A stretch of 64,000 nucleotides of DNA, from assembly GCA_965637545.1 (NCBI GenBank), contig OZ281497.1, positions 26,970,001 to 27,034,000 on the forward strand, given 5' to 3'. The stretch's first letter is position 1; each line of letters opens with the position of its first letter. The position numbers and the translations under genes are program-made. Positions 13,001 to 25,270 of the stretch are shown here, piece by piece. Origin of the DNA: Phallusia mammillata. Its lineage: Eukaryota. A model generated the notes under the pieces. The model was given only the letters and a program-made list of their open reading frames with translations, made no database searches and was not told where the DNA came from.

Positions 13001-16000
13001 AATTTTTAGTTTTTTAAGTTTTGATCGATTGTATTTGTGCAAAATCTTGCTCGCACTCAGAAAAAAATGGTTGAATTAAAATTTAGGCACTAAAATCTAC
13101 ATCATAAATCACGGCTTGCCAGCGCAGTTAAGAGGTACTATATCGCAATACATGGGTCTTTCAAGCATTCCCATGCTGCTGACGTAGGTTAGCATAATCT
13201 AGCCTGTGGTGGGATTCAAATAAGATACATATGTGTTGGTAATAAGCAACAAAATATTGTTTGATCTATCCAAATTCAACCTAAAGTATTGGCTATATAC
13301 CATCTTTGATCATACCATCTCATACACACGTAAAATACACTTTGTGTGAAAACGAACTTTATAAATTTATCGAAATACGCCTTAACCTCAAACGTCTAGA
13401 GTTTACATTTTTAATCAACAATTCCTGTGCCTATTGCGAGGCGGTGTGATCGTCGTAAAGCCGGTTTTGGCATTGCATTACTTGAACCGTCATTCGATTG
13501 ACGTTTAGTGGTCGCACTCCTCAACATTTCGTCATATTGTGACATCATATTGACAGCAGCAAATCGTGAATTGGAAGGTCGCTTTAAATTATTTATGCCC
13601 CTCCCCTATTTTGTTGAAACTTAAAACTTGGCATACTGCAATATAAATCTAATCACACGCAACCACATTTGTTTGTATGGGTGCATTTTTTCGGCTTTTT
13701 GTTAAAATTAGGTTTAATCCTACACTTTGGTGTTTTTTTACGGAATTTATTTCGATATTATAACTCTCCCTGTCATATTTTGTGATTGTCATGACGCATT
13801 TGCAATTGTGAATCCTAATCCGTCTTAACCTCGAAAGGTTGGCGGTTCAAGCCCAGTCAGTCGCTTGTTTTGTTTCATTTATCAAGGTTTCGCGGCATTG
13901 CACCGAACCAATCATGTCGTATTCAAATAGACCGATTTAGACTATCCTACCAACCATTTTCTGCTACGTGAAGAGGTGTCATTAGTTTTCCCCTATGAGT
14001 CGCATTTGTTACTCAAAAGTTTTCAGGTTACTCAATACTGTTTACTGCACTTTTTGAATTATTTAAATCCTGTTTACTAAATAACTTCATGGATCGAGTC
14101 CTTGGGTTTCTCCTTAACCACTTCTTACTCGTTCAAAGCAGTTTTGGCCAAACATGTCTCGGAAAACGACAAAGCTGACAAATTTCCGCCAAAAACTTCT
14201 TCCATGTGTTTGTAAAGAGGTTGTGTTGAGTTAGAGAACTTCTAAAAGGGGCCGCAAAGTAAAAAAAAGGTTGAGAACCACTGTCATAGTGTATTTAAAA
14301 ATGGTATTAATTCCGTTTTAAGTCATCAAATCAGCTATTATTGCATACTAAAATACAACAAAATATTTCAGTATTGTTTGGCTGATCACAATGAATTTCA
14401 AGTTAAATGCACCACACACGAGTGATGTGGAGTCTTAAGCATTCAGAAAAGTCTACAAAGACTCGGTATTTATAGTTTACCACCAGAAGGTCAAGTGGCA
14501 GAGGAATCGTTACATTGATCGTAAATGCACCATCCAAGCTCTATTACTTAACTCTTTCGTCTTTTCCCTTGATCCAGAAGTGAAGCATAATTGCCCGCAA
14601 AAGTCTCTGAAAAAATCTTCTACTTATATGCAATGTTGATGTCAGCAGGGTCTGCTAGATTTCAATCGGAAACTTTTTGTTTTTAAAGACTGCAAAATAT
14701 TTTGTACTTGTTACTATGGTGGCATATACACTAACTGGTTGATTTTTTTATTTTAATTTGCGTTGTATTTAAAAATTTTAGGGTCTTTAGAATTATATCA
14801 GACCTGTTCAAATGAATACCCAAGCAAAAAAAAACTCCATTTACCCTTCGCATCTTTGCTCTGTTATATAGTTTTGGCATATGCACTAAATCGTTTATCC
14901 GTTTTATTTAGCATTTTTCGGATGTTTAGAATTTTATCAGACCCAGAATGCAAATGAACAGCAAATCAAAAAAGTCTATCTTTTCCCTAGCCTTCACAAA
15001 CATCCTAACACTAGGAAATAAAAATTTTCAAGCGAAAAACGTCGAAACAACCAAACAACGTCTTGTCGCATAAAATATTTATTAGACACGCGAATCTTGC
15101 TTGTTAGGCGTCGAAGTCTTGTCTGCCATCGCCCTTTTCCACTCCTTGTTCGGTCCAAACACTGTGACAGCTTCGTAAACTAAACGAAACCACAAAAATG
15201 AAGCCCAAGTTAATGCACAAGGTTCACTATCGTCAAACTACGTACTATGACGCCATCAGAACTCTGAAGTTACTGGTTTCGCTAAATCGTTGCGTAAACT
15301 TAATGTATAAAAGTAACATGTGTACAACATAGAACTTTGGAAATAAGGAAAAGCTATTTTCAACTATTTGAAAGAAAAATTAAAGAAGAAGGGAGTCGTA
15401 CTTTTTTTCTCTTTGTGTCAAAATCGTGCTGACAAGGCGGTGGCATGAAGAAACCCTAATCCAGTTATTAGCCGTCCCCACATCCTGTGACACACCACAA
15501 GCCATTAATATTAACGAATCTGTCTGCACGACATTATGCAGGATTTGGGGAAAATGAACCTTTTTGTGTTTTGTGATGTTGTGTTGTGGCTTTATGCTCC
15601 CTTCACCTGTCATGAAATTCTTGTTTATTGATAAATTTTCTGTTTGTGTGACACTCTGACAGTAAGGTTGCGACAATTATTGATTTGTTCTTAAAATATC
15701 TGCATAAAGGGTATTAATTAACCCAACATTTCGAAAAACCTGGAGACTTCATCAGGAAAACACGAAAAATATATTCCTGGTGAAACTGTTTAAATGTTTA
15801 AAAAATGTATTTTTTATCAAAACATTGTATAGTAAAATTACCACCTTTTTTTCCTTTAATGGCATTTTTGTCCCTAGTAAAGCATTTGTTTAAGTTCATG
15901 AGTATTGTGAACATAGCATATGAAGTGGTAAATTATGGAGATGATGGCAAAGAACCCTGCGACAGAACATATCATTCGGACGTTTTTCCTGGTACTAACA

Positions 16001-16919
16001 GAAGTTCCATATATCTTGATAAACGTTAACAACTCCAATCATGGCATCGAAAATAAACAAAATTATTTGATTTAATACAAAATGTTTTGAGTAAGTCAGT
16101 CATGTTATCAGAAATAAGTTACCAGAAATGTTGGAATTGCTTTACCACTTTTTATTTTCCTTATCTTTCTGGACAAACAGCTGTTCAACAAGCATATAAA
16201 CCTGTTCAGCACAGTACTGCAGTACTTCAAACTGTTTCAAGTCTTGTACAAATCCGACAGCGTTATAATAATAATCCACGCAAGCGTTTATGCGTGTGAC
16301 CACACGTCGGCACCAGGGAGTTTGCTGCACAGAATTGCGGTTAATCACCAAGTTATTTCGGGTGTGCGCTCCTAATGCTGCGCAATGCCTTCCATCTGTT
16401 TCATTCCAATCTCACGGTTTAAACTAGTTTGGAACAAAGCTTGTGCAAAGAGTAACATCAAGGGCTTATGATTTTTTGTGGAACTAAACTTTTGTAAAAC
16501 CTATGCATTTAGTTTCCCCTAACTCACTTCTTTTAATGTAGATGACTTCTTTCAATCAATACGTGCTCACCATTTTTGACGCATTTGTTCAAAATAGCCT
16601 TTATCTTTTTCCAGTCAGCTTTTGTGTTTGACCTTGCAAAGTTATGCGCACAAGATTGATATGTAGCTCTTGTATGCATTGGACACATTTAGTGCAAATG
16701 TTTTAATAACCAGTTTTAATATCATCATTAACAAATTCTAAAGAACTTAAACCTGTGCATTATGAGATAATTTTGTTGTGGCGTTTCTTTTTAAACCTAG
16801 GTATAGAGGTGAAATATAAAACGCAACCTGTATTTTTTTACATTCACCTAACATTCTCTCATCTTCTTTAGGACGAGTCGATCATCCACTCTATGAGCAT
16901 CTTCGACAAAGCGATGTAA
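7087..16919 (+). CDS. KCNIP: Kv channel-interacting protein (KChIP/KCNIP, neuronal calcium sensor family), about 239 aa, 7 coding exons
   Basis: Exons 7087-7216, 8682-8806, 10282-10351, 11443-11513, 12046-12153, 12781-12948 and 16872-16919 join in frame with GT-AG introns. The protein has [71 protein letters not shown]3 [14 protein letters not shown]4 [12 protein letters not shown] and the C-terminus [15 protein letters not shown], all typical of KChIP. The first exon is the least certain. Confidence 0.93.
14245..14283. mobile_element. Solo right end of a hAT MITE
   Basis: ggggccgc...aaaaggttgagaaccactg. Other unpaired ends occur at about 20910 (cagtagttctcaaac), 24865-24878 and 51204 (caggggtggccaaac). 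Confidence 0.6.
15722..15760 (-). repeat. Degenerate hammerhead-like remnant
   Basis: Minus strand: TTC-CTGATGA-A-GTCTCCAGGTTTTTC-GAAA-TG-TT-GGG. The core boxes are present but the stems are eroded. Confidence 0.4.
15874..16688 (-). CDS. Candidate orphan gene nested antisense in the last KChIP intron; Cys-containing protein with a C-terminal hydrophobic segment
   Basis: Exons 16688-16571 (G|gtgagc), 16395-16146 (TG|gtaaag) and 15994-15874 join in frame to give 162 aa. No recognised homology. The first acceptor is purine-rich and weak. Confidence 0.4.
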
Positions 16920-17874
16920 AATGAAGAAACAAAACACCACAAGTAGTTGAAGGTGATACCTCGGGATGAAGCTCTCCAGCGCCACTCAACGGACAATAGC
17001 AAGGAGGATATTAGTCGCTTGGGGGCGCTGCATCGTTTTACGCCGAAAGCTGTGAATTTTATGATTTCGCTGTCGGCCTTTGTATGACAAACTTGCACTG
17101 GGTGACCATTTAATCTTGCTTTAATATCATCAAGCAATAGACATCGTATGCACCATAATTATGAAACTTATTTTACGCTTTGTAACAAAGGGCATGGTTT
17201 GTTTCTATTATCTGTGCTTAAAAGTGAACGGTATCCGTTAAGTTTCTTCTCTCTAGTGCACCCTAGTGTTAAATCCGTGAAATATTTAAACATAAAACGT
17301 GAAAACAAATCTCATAAGGACCAATAAAACTCAAATTGTCGCATTATGGTTATAACATTTTGTCGTTACATTGAACTACGTGAGATCAAATTGTTGATTG
17401 TTATGCGTTTTTTTGTAGAATATATTATTTTCCTTTTTTACTGTGTGAGCTTGTTACCGATAAAATTAAAAATTGACGTAACCAGATTAATTTGACGTAA
17501 CTTAAACATTGGAGTTATATGACTTGAAATCAGTTGTATCGAAAATCTTTAATGATATCTGCAAGACTTCCATTAAAACCGGTTTGGAGGTTCGGTAGGA
17601 AGCAGAAACCGGCCAGAACCAGTTTGAAAATGGAATATTTCGGCGAAAACCCACCCAAAACCAGAGTTTTCTTTAATTCTGCCGTAGATTGTGATTTTCA
17701 ACCTATTTTTATCTGAGATTATTTTTTCGCTGCAAAAAAACACAAGTTGCCTTTTTTCACGAAACTTTAGTACGCAAATACGCAAAGCATCATTAACCGA
17801 CGAAAAGTAAAAAAAACAAGCTAGTTTATAAAATATCACAGTAAAACGAAATAATATTTCAACATCAAAAGTCT

Positions 17875-20800
17875 TCATTTTTTCTTGGCTTTGAAATCAG
17901 GTGAAGACTGGATGACATCTGGCTCATCGTCGCTCCCTGGCGCCGCTGGTGGTGGCTTGATAACGGGAAAAGTAAATTTCGAACGTTGTTGTAATCTGCA
18001 CCACAGAAAATGTATAAACATATGATGTACGTGTTTGTTCACTACATCGTTCCCAGCAATTTGTTTTAGTTCTTGTAATCACGAACTTTGTGCAGGCAGA
18101 ATGCGAACAAGTCACAACAGAATGATAGGACGTTGAAAGGGTTTTCCTACTTTACTGACCCTGCTGAATGTGTCCATAAAAACCTACGTTAAGTCTTTGT
18201 GCCAGTGCCAATATCGTATATGTATATATATGTGTTTGTGTCTGCGTTTCGTTGGTCTACCTCTTCGAAAATGTTTTTTGTGTAGCTGTTTGGTCAATAT
18301 TTAAACTTACCTGAACTTATCGTTGTTTTTGATAAGTCTCTCTATCTCCACCAAACGGTTGATTCTGGCCGTGTTTTCACCTCGGCAGGGGGCGCCAAAC
18401 ACAACTACATCCGCTCCCAAACCTACGCCCTGAAAAAAAAACAATATACACAATGACCCAAGAGAACTGGCAGTAAACTATAGATAAATTAAAGGGCCAG
18501 GACTTTTGGTTTTAGGCTACAGTTTGGTTAAAACGAATTTCATTCAGACCTGAACTGACACTAGGCCACATTTGTATCGCACCTTCACCTTTTTTGGAAC
18601 TAAGAGCGCTTTATTTCAGGTTTCGGGCCAAATTTTGTGTTCTCCCTTACAACATTGAGGCAAAGATTGGGTCAAATCTTACTTCTTTGCATATAAACGA
18701 GTAATTGGACTTTTCGTTTCTTACCAAGTCTGTGTAAGACTCCTCCGCAGCGTCTCCTGGTGGAGAGCGCAACACGGCCACACGATGTCGCGCTTGCAGG
18801 TCTCCGGTGATTCGCGCCAGATCAGAACACGTGACTCGCCCGCCGTTGCTAATAACAACGCCGCTTGAGTTTCGCGCGTCCAACATGTTGGCGGTGAGCG
18901 AATGCAACGGTCCCATCACGTGATCACTGCCCAGAACGAAACATCTGCGAAATGGGAAAATATATTTAGGATGTGGTTTAGGCCCGAAAGTTTGATTGAC
19001 AGGTCTAAACATTGAAGTCTTAGAAAAGACCAAGACAACACAACAAACAATTGGTTTTGAACAAAAGCGTTTTTGGGCTGTTTGACATTAGGTCAGGTCC
19101 AGAAACTGCTTAGCTTGTTAATTTTATTCAAAGAAACACTGACACAGAGTGTAAAGTCAGGTCGAATCAAGCCCATTTTTATTTATGAAACCCAAGCCCG
19201 AACCCGGTCCGACTTACAACGGTCCACGGCCCTGGTAAGTCATTGGTTTTGAAACAATTGCTTATCTGTGTTGCATTAGGCAAAGAATAGTGCATGGAGT
19301 AAAGCAGCAAATTTCACCATTCTTTAAGGTGTTCATTACATGTTGAATAGCTGTATCACAAAATTGTATACGTATTGCAATAATTAAATGGTTTGACAAA
19401 ATGCTGAGTATACGGTGGTTTCTATTAATTGTGAAGACCAAAGGGCAATGGTTATGAAACTGACAAAGCACTCTTACGAACTTATCACATTTGCGTGCTA
19501 AACGCTGTTGATTTGACACTAATTTGCATGTTTACTTGATATTGATTTTGGAAACCAATAAGATCGAAATGAGGTTAGAACTTTGCCAAGCACATCCACA
19601 TTTTATTATGAAGCCATTAAACTTAAATGAGAATTGAACTTAGCACAAAACGTGTACAAGTGGAATCACTAAGCCAAGTGCTGAATTACGAATTACTTCA
19701 CTATGGTCAACAAATGTCTCAGAAAGGAAACCTGTGTGTTACTCAACCGCCATAATCCAAATAATGTTTAAAAACGAGTTGTTATTTCAATAATCCTTGC
19801 TTACTTTTCGCTGACAGCCTCGCACAATTTCGGCCACTGCTCTCTGTCTTCCTTGCGGAGAGGATCAATAATCATAATCACTGCTGGGTAGCGTGATAGA
19901 GCATCTCTGTATACATCACAAATCTCGTCGGCTGACTTTAAAGTGCCCGTTGCAATCTCATATTTTCCTTTGTCCTAAAAAAATAGTAAAAATTCTAATT
20001 AACTAACCGAAACCACTGGAACATATACAAATCTTACATAAAGCTTGTATATGGTAAATTGTTACGGTAAAGTAAAATTGGTAAAATCGCTGTGGTCATC
20101 GTCTGTCCAAGGACAGCAATTAATATAAACGAGTTCTCCTGTTTTGGTTTAAACAAATGTGAAGGAGGCATACAAGTTTTTAACTGACAAACATATTCCA
20201 ATATAAAAACATAGAGCCAATACATGATAAGCTGCAGACAGTGTACACTGTTTCGACTTATATGGTCATATCAGTGCAGCTGTTGATGATATGATCTGAT
20301 GTAGCCACCTTACGGCACTCCAGTTTGTTGGGAGTAATAGGCTAAAAAAGCTATATGTCTCACCTAATCTGTTCGATGCCACAATTGGGAATAAACGACA
20401 GAGGAAACTGCCTCACAATGAACCAGTAATTGTTTGAGAACTAAATCTATTTCAAATATTGAAATTTGAAACACCCCCCTTTCCCCACAAAGAAGTATAA
20501 ACATCGCTTTCACTGCATGATTTGGCAAAAACACTAATCAAAAAACTCCGACCAAGAACCAGTTTTCGGTATCTTTTCACAGACTGAAACAAAACATATT
20601 TATCTATGTCGACTCACATAGTCAAATATTTCGTGTGCTGAGATGGAAAGACCGATAAAAACATCTTGTGCTGGTGTCAGACCTGCTGCGTTGATCGCCT
20701 CAAGCACGACGTCTAGAGGTTGTTCTATTTTATCATAGGTCGGTTGAAATCCTCCGCTTGTCCCAGTTGGCACACCACTGCTCTGCAATTTTATAAACAG

Positions 20801-23800
20801 AAATACATCTTGTATCCAGTTTATGGAAAAATATTGTGTAGATGTATGTGTAGGGAACATTTTTTCCCTTTTTCAAAAAAATAAAACATGAAAAAACATT
20901 AGTTTAAAGCAGTAGTTCTCAAACTTTCGTGGACCGTGGTCCCCTAAAAGTAACTTTTTGGTCTCGTGGCCCCCTTCAAGTAATCCTGTAAGTCCTGTGG
21001 CCCCCTTTATAAAAAAAATAAAATGGCAACCTGTGTTGGAATTACACAAATAAGTAGTTGTAATATGAGACAGGTACACTATTACAAGCAAATTTGATTA
21101 AAGCCACCAAGACTTCATAGCTGCAAGACTTGACTTAAAGCAAAGAAAACTAACAATGCTTCGTTTTAGAGCCTACAATCAATATGTCATGATAAAAAGC
21201 CAGGTTTTTCTGTACAGCAAAGGTGTTGACGACCACATATATTAAAGCAGCTGACAGGAGACCTAACAAAGCACCTATCTAAATCAGAATTTAGTGTTAT
21301 TAATTTCCCAGCACAAAACCTCATGTACTTACCGCTTTTGCTGAGAGAATTTTTCCAAGACTCTTGTGAACTTTATTAAGTTTTTCACATGATTCTTGAG
21401 AACTCCAGTTTGGCTTGCCAATAATAAACAGGTTCTTGATGAGGTTTAATTTTCCTACAAAATGTGTTTAGTTTACATCATTCACATCCCAAAATCCCCA
21501 AGGTATAGAGTAGAATCATATAGATCAGTGCAAACTGCGGTCCGTGGGCCAAATGCGGTCCTTGAATAAAGGTTGTGCGGCCCGCAGAGACGCTTGGAAT
21601 GCAAATGTACTGACAAACGAGTCCAACTATTTTGTATTTTTGAGCAGATTAATGCGCCTGATGCTATTTTACTGAGACCAGGTAATATGTGGCTGGAATC
21701 AAATGCGAATTTTACTTGTAGTTGAACATATTTGGTAGGCAACAAAGTAAAATCACCTTGTGTTATACACAGGTGCGGCCCGCGATCTAATTTTGGCCAT
21801 TGTATTTGGCCCAACGGTAACAAAGGTTGCACACCCCTGATATAGATTAAACTTCGACATTTTTTCTCAGAAATGAACAGTAAAAACAATATACACACTT
21901 ATCACAAACAACCTAATAATTTCTTTTTTCTTTGTTAAATAAAGGTTATGTCAACTTAAAATGTTTGCAAAAACTTTAACAATATGGTTTTGCACATTGT
22001 GGTTTGTCTTACCGGGTGCAGTTTTTCCTCCACTGAAAACAACCATAGCAGGTGTTGGCATTGTGATGTCGTAAACACCTTTCTCACTGGAGTCAGACAT
22101 CGTTAACGAGTGATGTAAATGTTCAAACAAAGGTTTGTCCTGACAATTTGCAGCAGCTTTTGCAACAGCCAATGATGACACACTAGCTGACGTGCAACCC
22201 TGAAAATAAAAATTTCCGAATTTAAATACATCCCATTTGATATGAAAAGGAAAGTTATCATTCAGCTATTGTTATTGTTGTTAATGACATCCTCATAATA
22301 TCTTCATACATGTTTAAAACAGTACAGTCAATTTATATTTACCATCATTCGATTTTCAAGTGGCTCTTTAGGTGGCACTGGTTTGTCCGAGGGTTTTCCA
22401 GTTTTGTTTTTTGCAGATGCTTTCTTTTTCTTGCCACTGGATGGGGTCGGTGTTCTATTGGGACTGCCCTCATTGGATTTTGTTTCTGTTTCTTTGGACA
22501 AACTTCTCTCTACATCATTTACCCAATCACTGCAATCATATTGATAGTTAGCAAAGATGACTAAAAACAACCACCAATGTATTACCCACAAAATTTTGGG
22601 GCAGTTTAAGACAGTGGTTATGCACTTGTAAAAAATTTGTTTCCAAAATCTTTATTTTGAAATTCATTGTTGCCTTGTTCTGTGATAGCTTGTCTAAACC
22701 TACTGAAAAGTTTTTTTATATTTTTTATCTGAAAGGAGGTTGAGTTTCCTAATCACAGAATATAAATATAATACATAGATTTACCTCTTGGAGAAAGTTT
22801 TTTAGCAGAAAAAATAGTTAAGCTTTTTGTTTTTTGTTTATAAAGTTTCAATGTGGGCATCTACTATAATGAACATCTAACAGTTTCAATTTTACATGTT
22901 ACACACCTGATGGTTCTGTCAATTAGAAGTTGGTTAATTAGTGGAATTCCGCTTAGTTTTGATGTGAGATCTTCAGTAAGTTTTGAAACATTCGCTGTGG
23001 CAACTTCAGAAATAGTTGGAATTGAATCTGGAATATAAATAATTGAGCTGTAAGGATATATTATCAAACTAGCTTTAAGATAACCAAACAAACAACAAAT
23101 TGAAATTGCACATGTCCTATAGTTTCAAAGTGCTTAAACAAATAGCAAAAGCACAGACCTCCACTTCCTTCCATTTGTCCAAGAATATTGGTCATTTCTT
23201 TGTCCAAAGACATTGATACTTCAGACAGAAGCTATATGTAAACCACACATAAAAAGCTGTTGTAATACTAAAAGTATTTAACTTTATTACAAGTGGTACT
23301 AGTAACCCATTTCTTAACAAAAATTGCCCAATTTAAATGCACTCTTCTAATTCAACAAAACTAAGATAAAGTCAGATTTAGAAGTAAAAATATTTATAAG
23401 TTGAAAGAAACCAATGAGGTAAAGTAGATCATTTCATAGATGATTTATGTTCGTTGCAGTTTGCATGAAAAATGATATATATGATATGCAGGAAAATCTG
23501 TTAGTTAATTGCAGAAACTATTAGTTAATTGACATGAAATTAACCAGAATTGTTTTTATCATGACATAGCTTAGAAATCATATGTATAGTATTTGTTTGC
23601 ATGCACTTGACATATTAATAGATGTATAGGACTTTTTGGGTACAGTTAAAGCATTAGAAAACGCAAATAGTTGGACCACTTGCTTACCTTGTCATGGTTT
23701 TTAACTGTTCCATAAACTTGACATAGCACAGCAGGGTTGCCAGCACTATCCAAAACCTCTGAACCATTAGAATGTGCAAAAACTGGGCTCACAGCAAAAC

Positions 23801-24004
23801 CACTAAAGTACTCAGCCTATAGCAAATCACAACATAAATGTAAAAAAGGTGAGAATTTAATTGCATTCTTACCAAACGTCCATAAACATCCTTCGGATTT
23901 TCAAAAAACATTGAGTTGAGAATTTCTTCCAGTCGCTCAGGGACTTTATTTTCAGCATAAAAATCCGCTGCTTGCTGTTTCAAATCATTAGTTTCATTTG
24001 CCAT
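17875..24004 (-). CDS. ENO4: Enolase 4 (cilia/sperm-type enolase-like protein), about 581 aa, 12 coding exons
   Basis: Exons (minus) 24004-23873, 23816-23688, 23231-23159, 23027-22907, 22529-22343, 22199-22013, 21454-21333, 20782-20618, 19974-19805, 18944-18725, 18429-18311, 17995-17875, all phase-compatible. Motifs resembling vertebrate ENO4: LKQQAADFYAENKVPERLEEILNSMFFENPKDVYG, KPVPPKEP, SLAVAKA, GKLNLIK, DKIEQPL, DKGKYEI, IIDPLRKEDREQW, GVGLGA...RGE. Confidence 0.93.
18978..19108 (+). repeat. Dispersed repeat, copy 1 (second copy at about 39572-39698)
   Basis: ttaggcccgaaagtttgattgacaggtcta...gggctgtttgacat..tccag is shared with 39572-39698. The adjacent 19148-19215 resembles 11274-11343. 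Confidence 0.85.
20231..20280 (-). ncRNA. Type I hammerhead-like motif with a palindromic stem III and an altered core
   Basis: Minus strand: GCTGCA-CTGATAT-GAC(CATATAA)GTC-GAAA-CAGT(GTAC)ACTG-TC|TGCAGC. Stems I, II and III are perfect, but the core reads CTGATAT instead of CTGATGA. Confidence 0.7.
21526..21839. mobile_element. hAT-type MITE in an ENO4 intron
   Basis: 8-bp TSD ATATAGAT at 21518-21525 and 21840-21847. Ends cagtgcaaac / ggttgcacacccctg, with internal gcggccc-like motifs. Confidence 0.8.
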
Positions 24005-24096
24005 TCTTTTCTTAACACTAAAAACCTTAATATTCAAGTTACAGCACTTGGGTGTTTGTTTGTACTGTTTGAAAAAACTTTAGCTAGCGAGCGTGT

Positions 24097-24109
24097 GGTG
24101 CATAGCAAC
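24097..24109. promoter_or_regulatory. RFX X-box-like motif upstream of ENO4
   Basis: ggtgcatagcaac (minus strand GTTGCTATGCACC), about 95 bp upstream of the ENO4 ATG. Confidence 0.55.
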
Positions 24110-25270
24110 AAAGCGCCATAAAAATCACCAAAATGTGTTCGAACTGGTGTGAGAATATTGCTGACTTTGTCTCCGATCTCCGCTTTCAATTCGTTTGATC
24201 TGCATGGGCGAAAGCTTGGAGTTAACTTTAATATAAAGCCTCATGCGGTGACTGATGGACTTCCATGTTCTTAGAATGAAGGAGTGACAGTCAGTAAACG
24301 TTTAACGATGTCTGTTTTAATTTCGTTAATGCCGTTTTTCATTTACAAAATGGTGCACGTGATGGACGTGTGGATTTTTTACATCGTAGAGTGTTTCAGA
24401 CTTCAGGGTACGCAATTCTAATTTATGCGTTTATGTACAAATTACTTAATATTGTCATCCTTCCATATACAAGCATGTATGTCACAATTTGAACCCCCTT
24501 GCAAAATTTTCTGCCGGCGCCCATGCAATCTACTTGCAGAAAAGTATGAAATTTTGCAAATGCTGACCAGTGCGTTGAACAAGTGGCCTGAGTGGAAACA
24601 GATTGCTGGTGCGAGACACATAATGAACCCCTTTATCACATCTAAGCGTCCCCATCCTCACAATATTATACACTCATATCGTTTTCAAACTATGGATAAT
24701 ACAAACGTTTTAAGAGGCCACTAATCCATTTTAATGTGTATTATTTTGTGATGAAGTAAGCTGCCATACACTCTCGTGTTTCTATACTTGTACAGATTTT
24801 ATCTGCAGCATGTAATAAGCTAATAAACGTATTTGATTTAATGTTGCGGCGCATGGAATATAAAGATTGGGACCACTGCACTAATACTGGTCATCTGACT
24901 GTGCCTAACTATTTGTATTTTAACTCTACTCTTAATTGTATCCAAAAATATGACTGTTAACTACAATTTTAACGAAAGAAATTGTATTCACAGAATTTGC
25001 CAACATAAAAACAGCCTCGTAAAGCAATGATAAGAAACAACACAGCCCATTTATTTGTGTTTCAGTCAGTTATACCAAGATTTAAATCCACTACACTTTA
25101 AATCTTTTCCTCAACAGTAAGTGTGACATAGAAAATAAAAACAGGTTTGCAGAAACTGTTTCATATGTTCCTAATTCCGACTAGCCAGTCTCACAAAAGC
25201 CAGTTGAAATGCAACAAATTTCTGACTGTCTTCGTTAGCAGTTATCTGTACAAGGTGGGCTCTATTCCTT

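Noticed and set aside
15104-15179. Possible terminal exon of ENO4
   Set aside because: ENO4 already ends at the TGA at 17875-17877.
21482-21898. 138-aa ORF
   Set aside because: Spans a MITE in an ENO4 intron and shows no transposase motifs.
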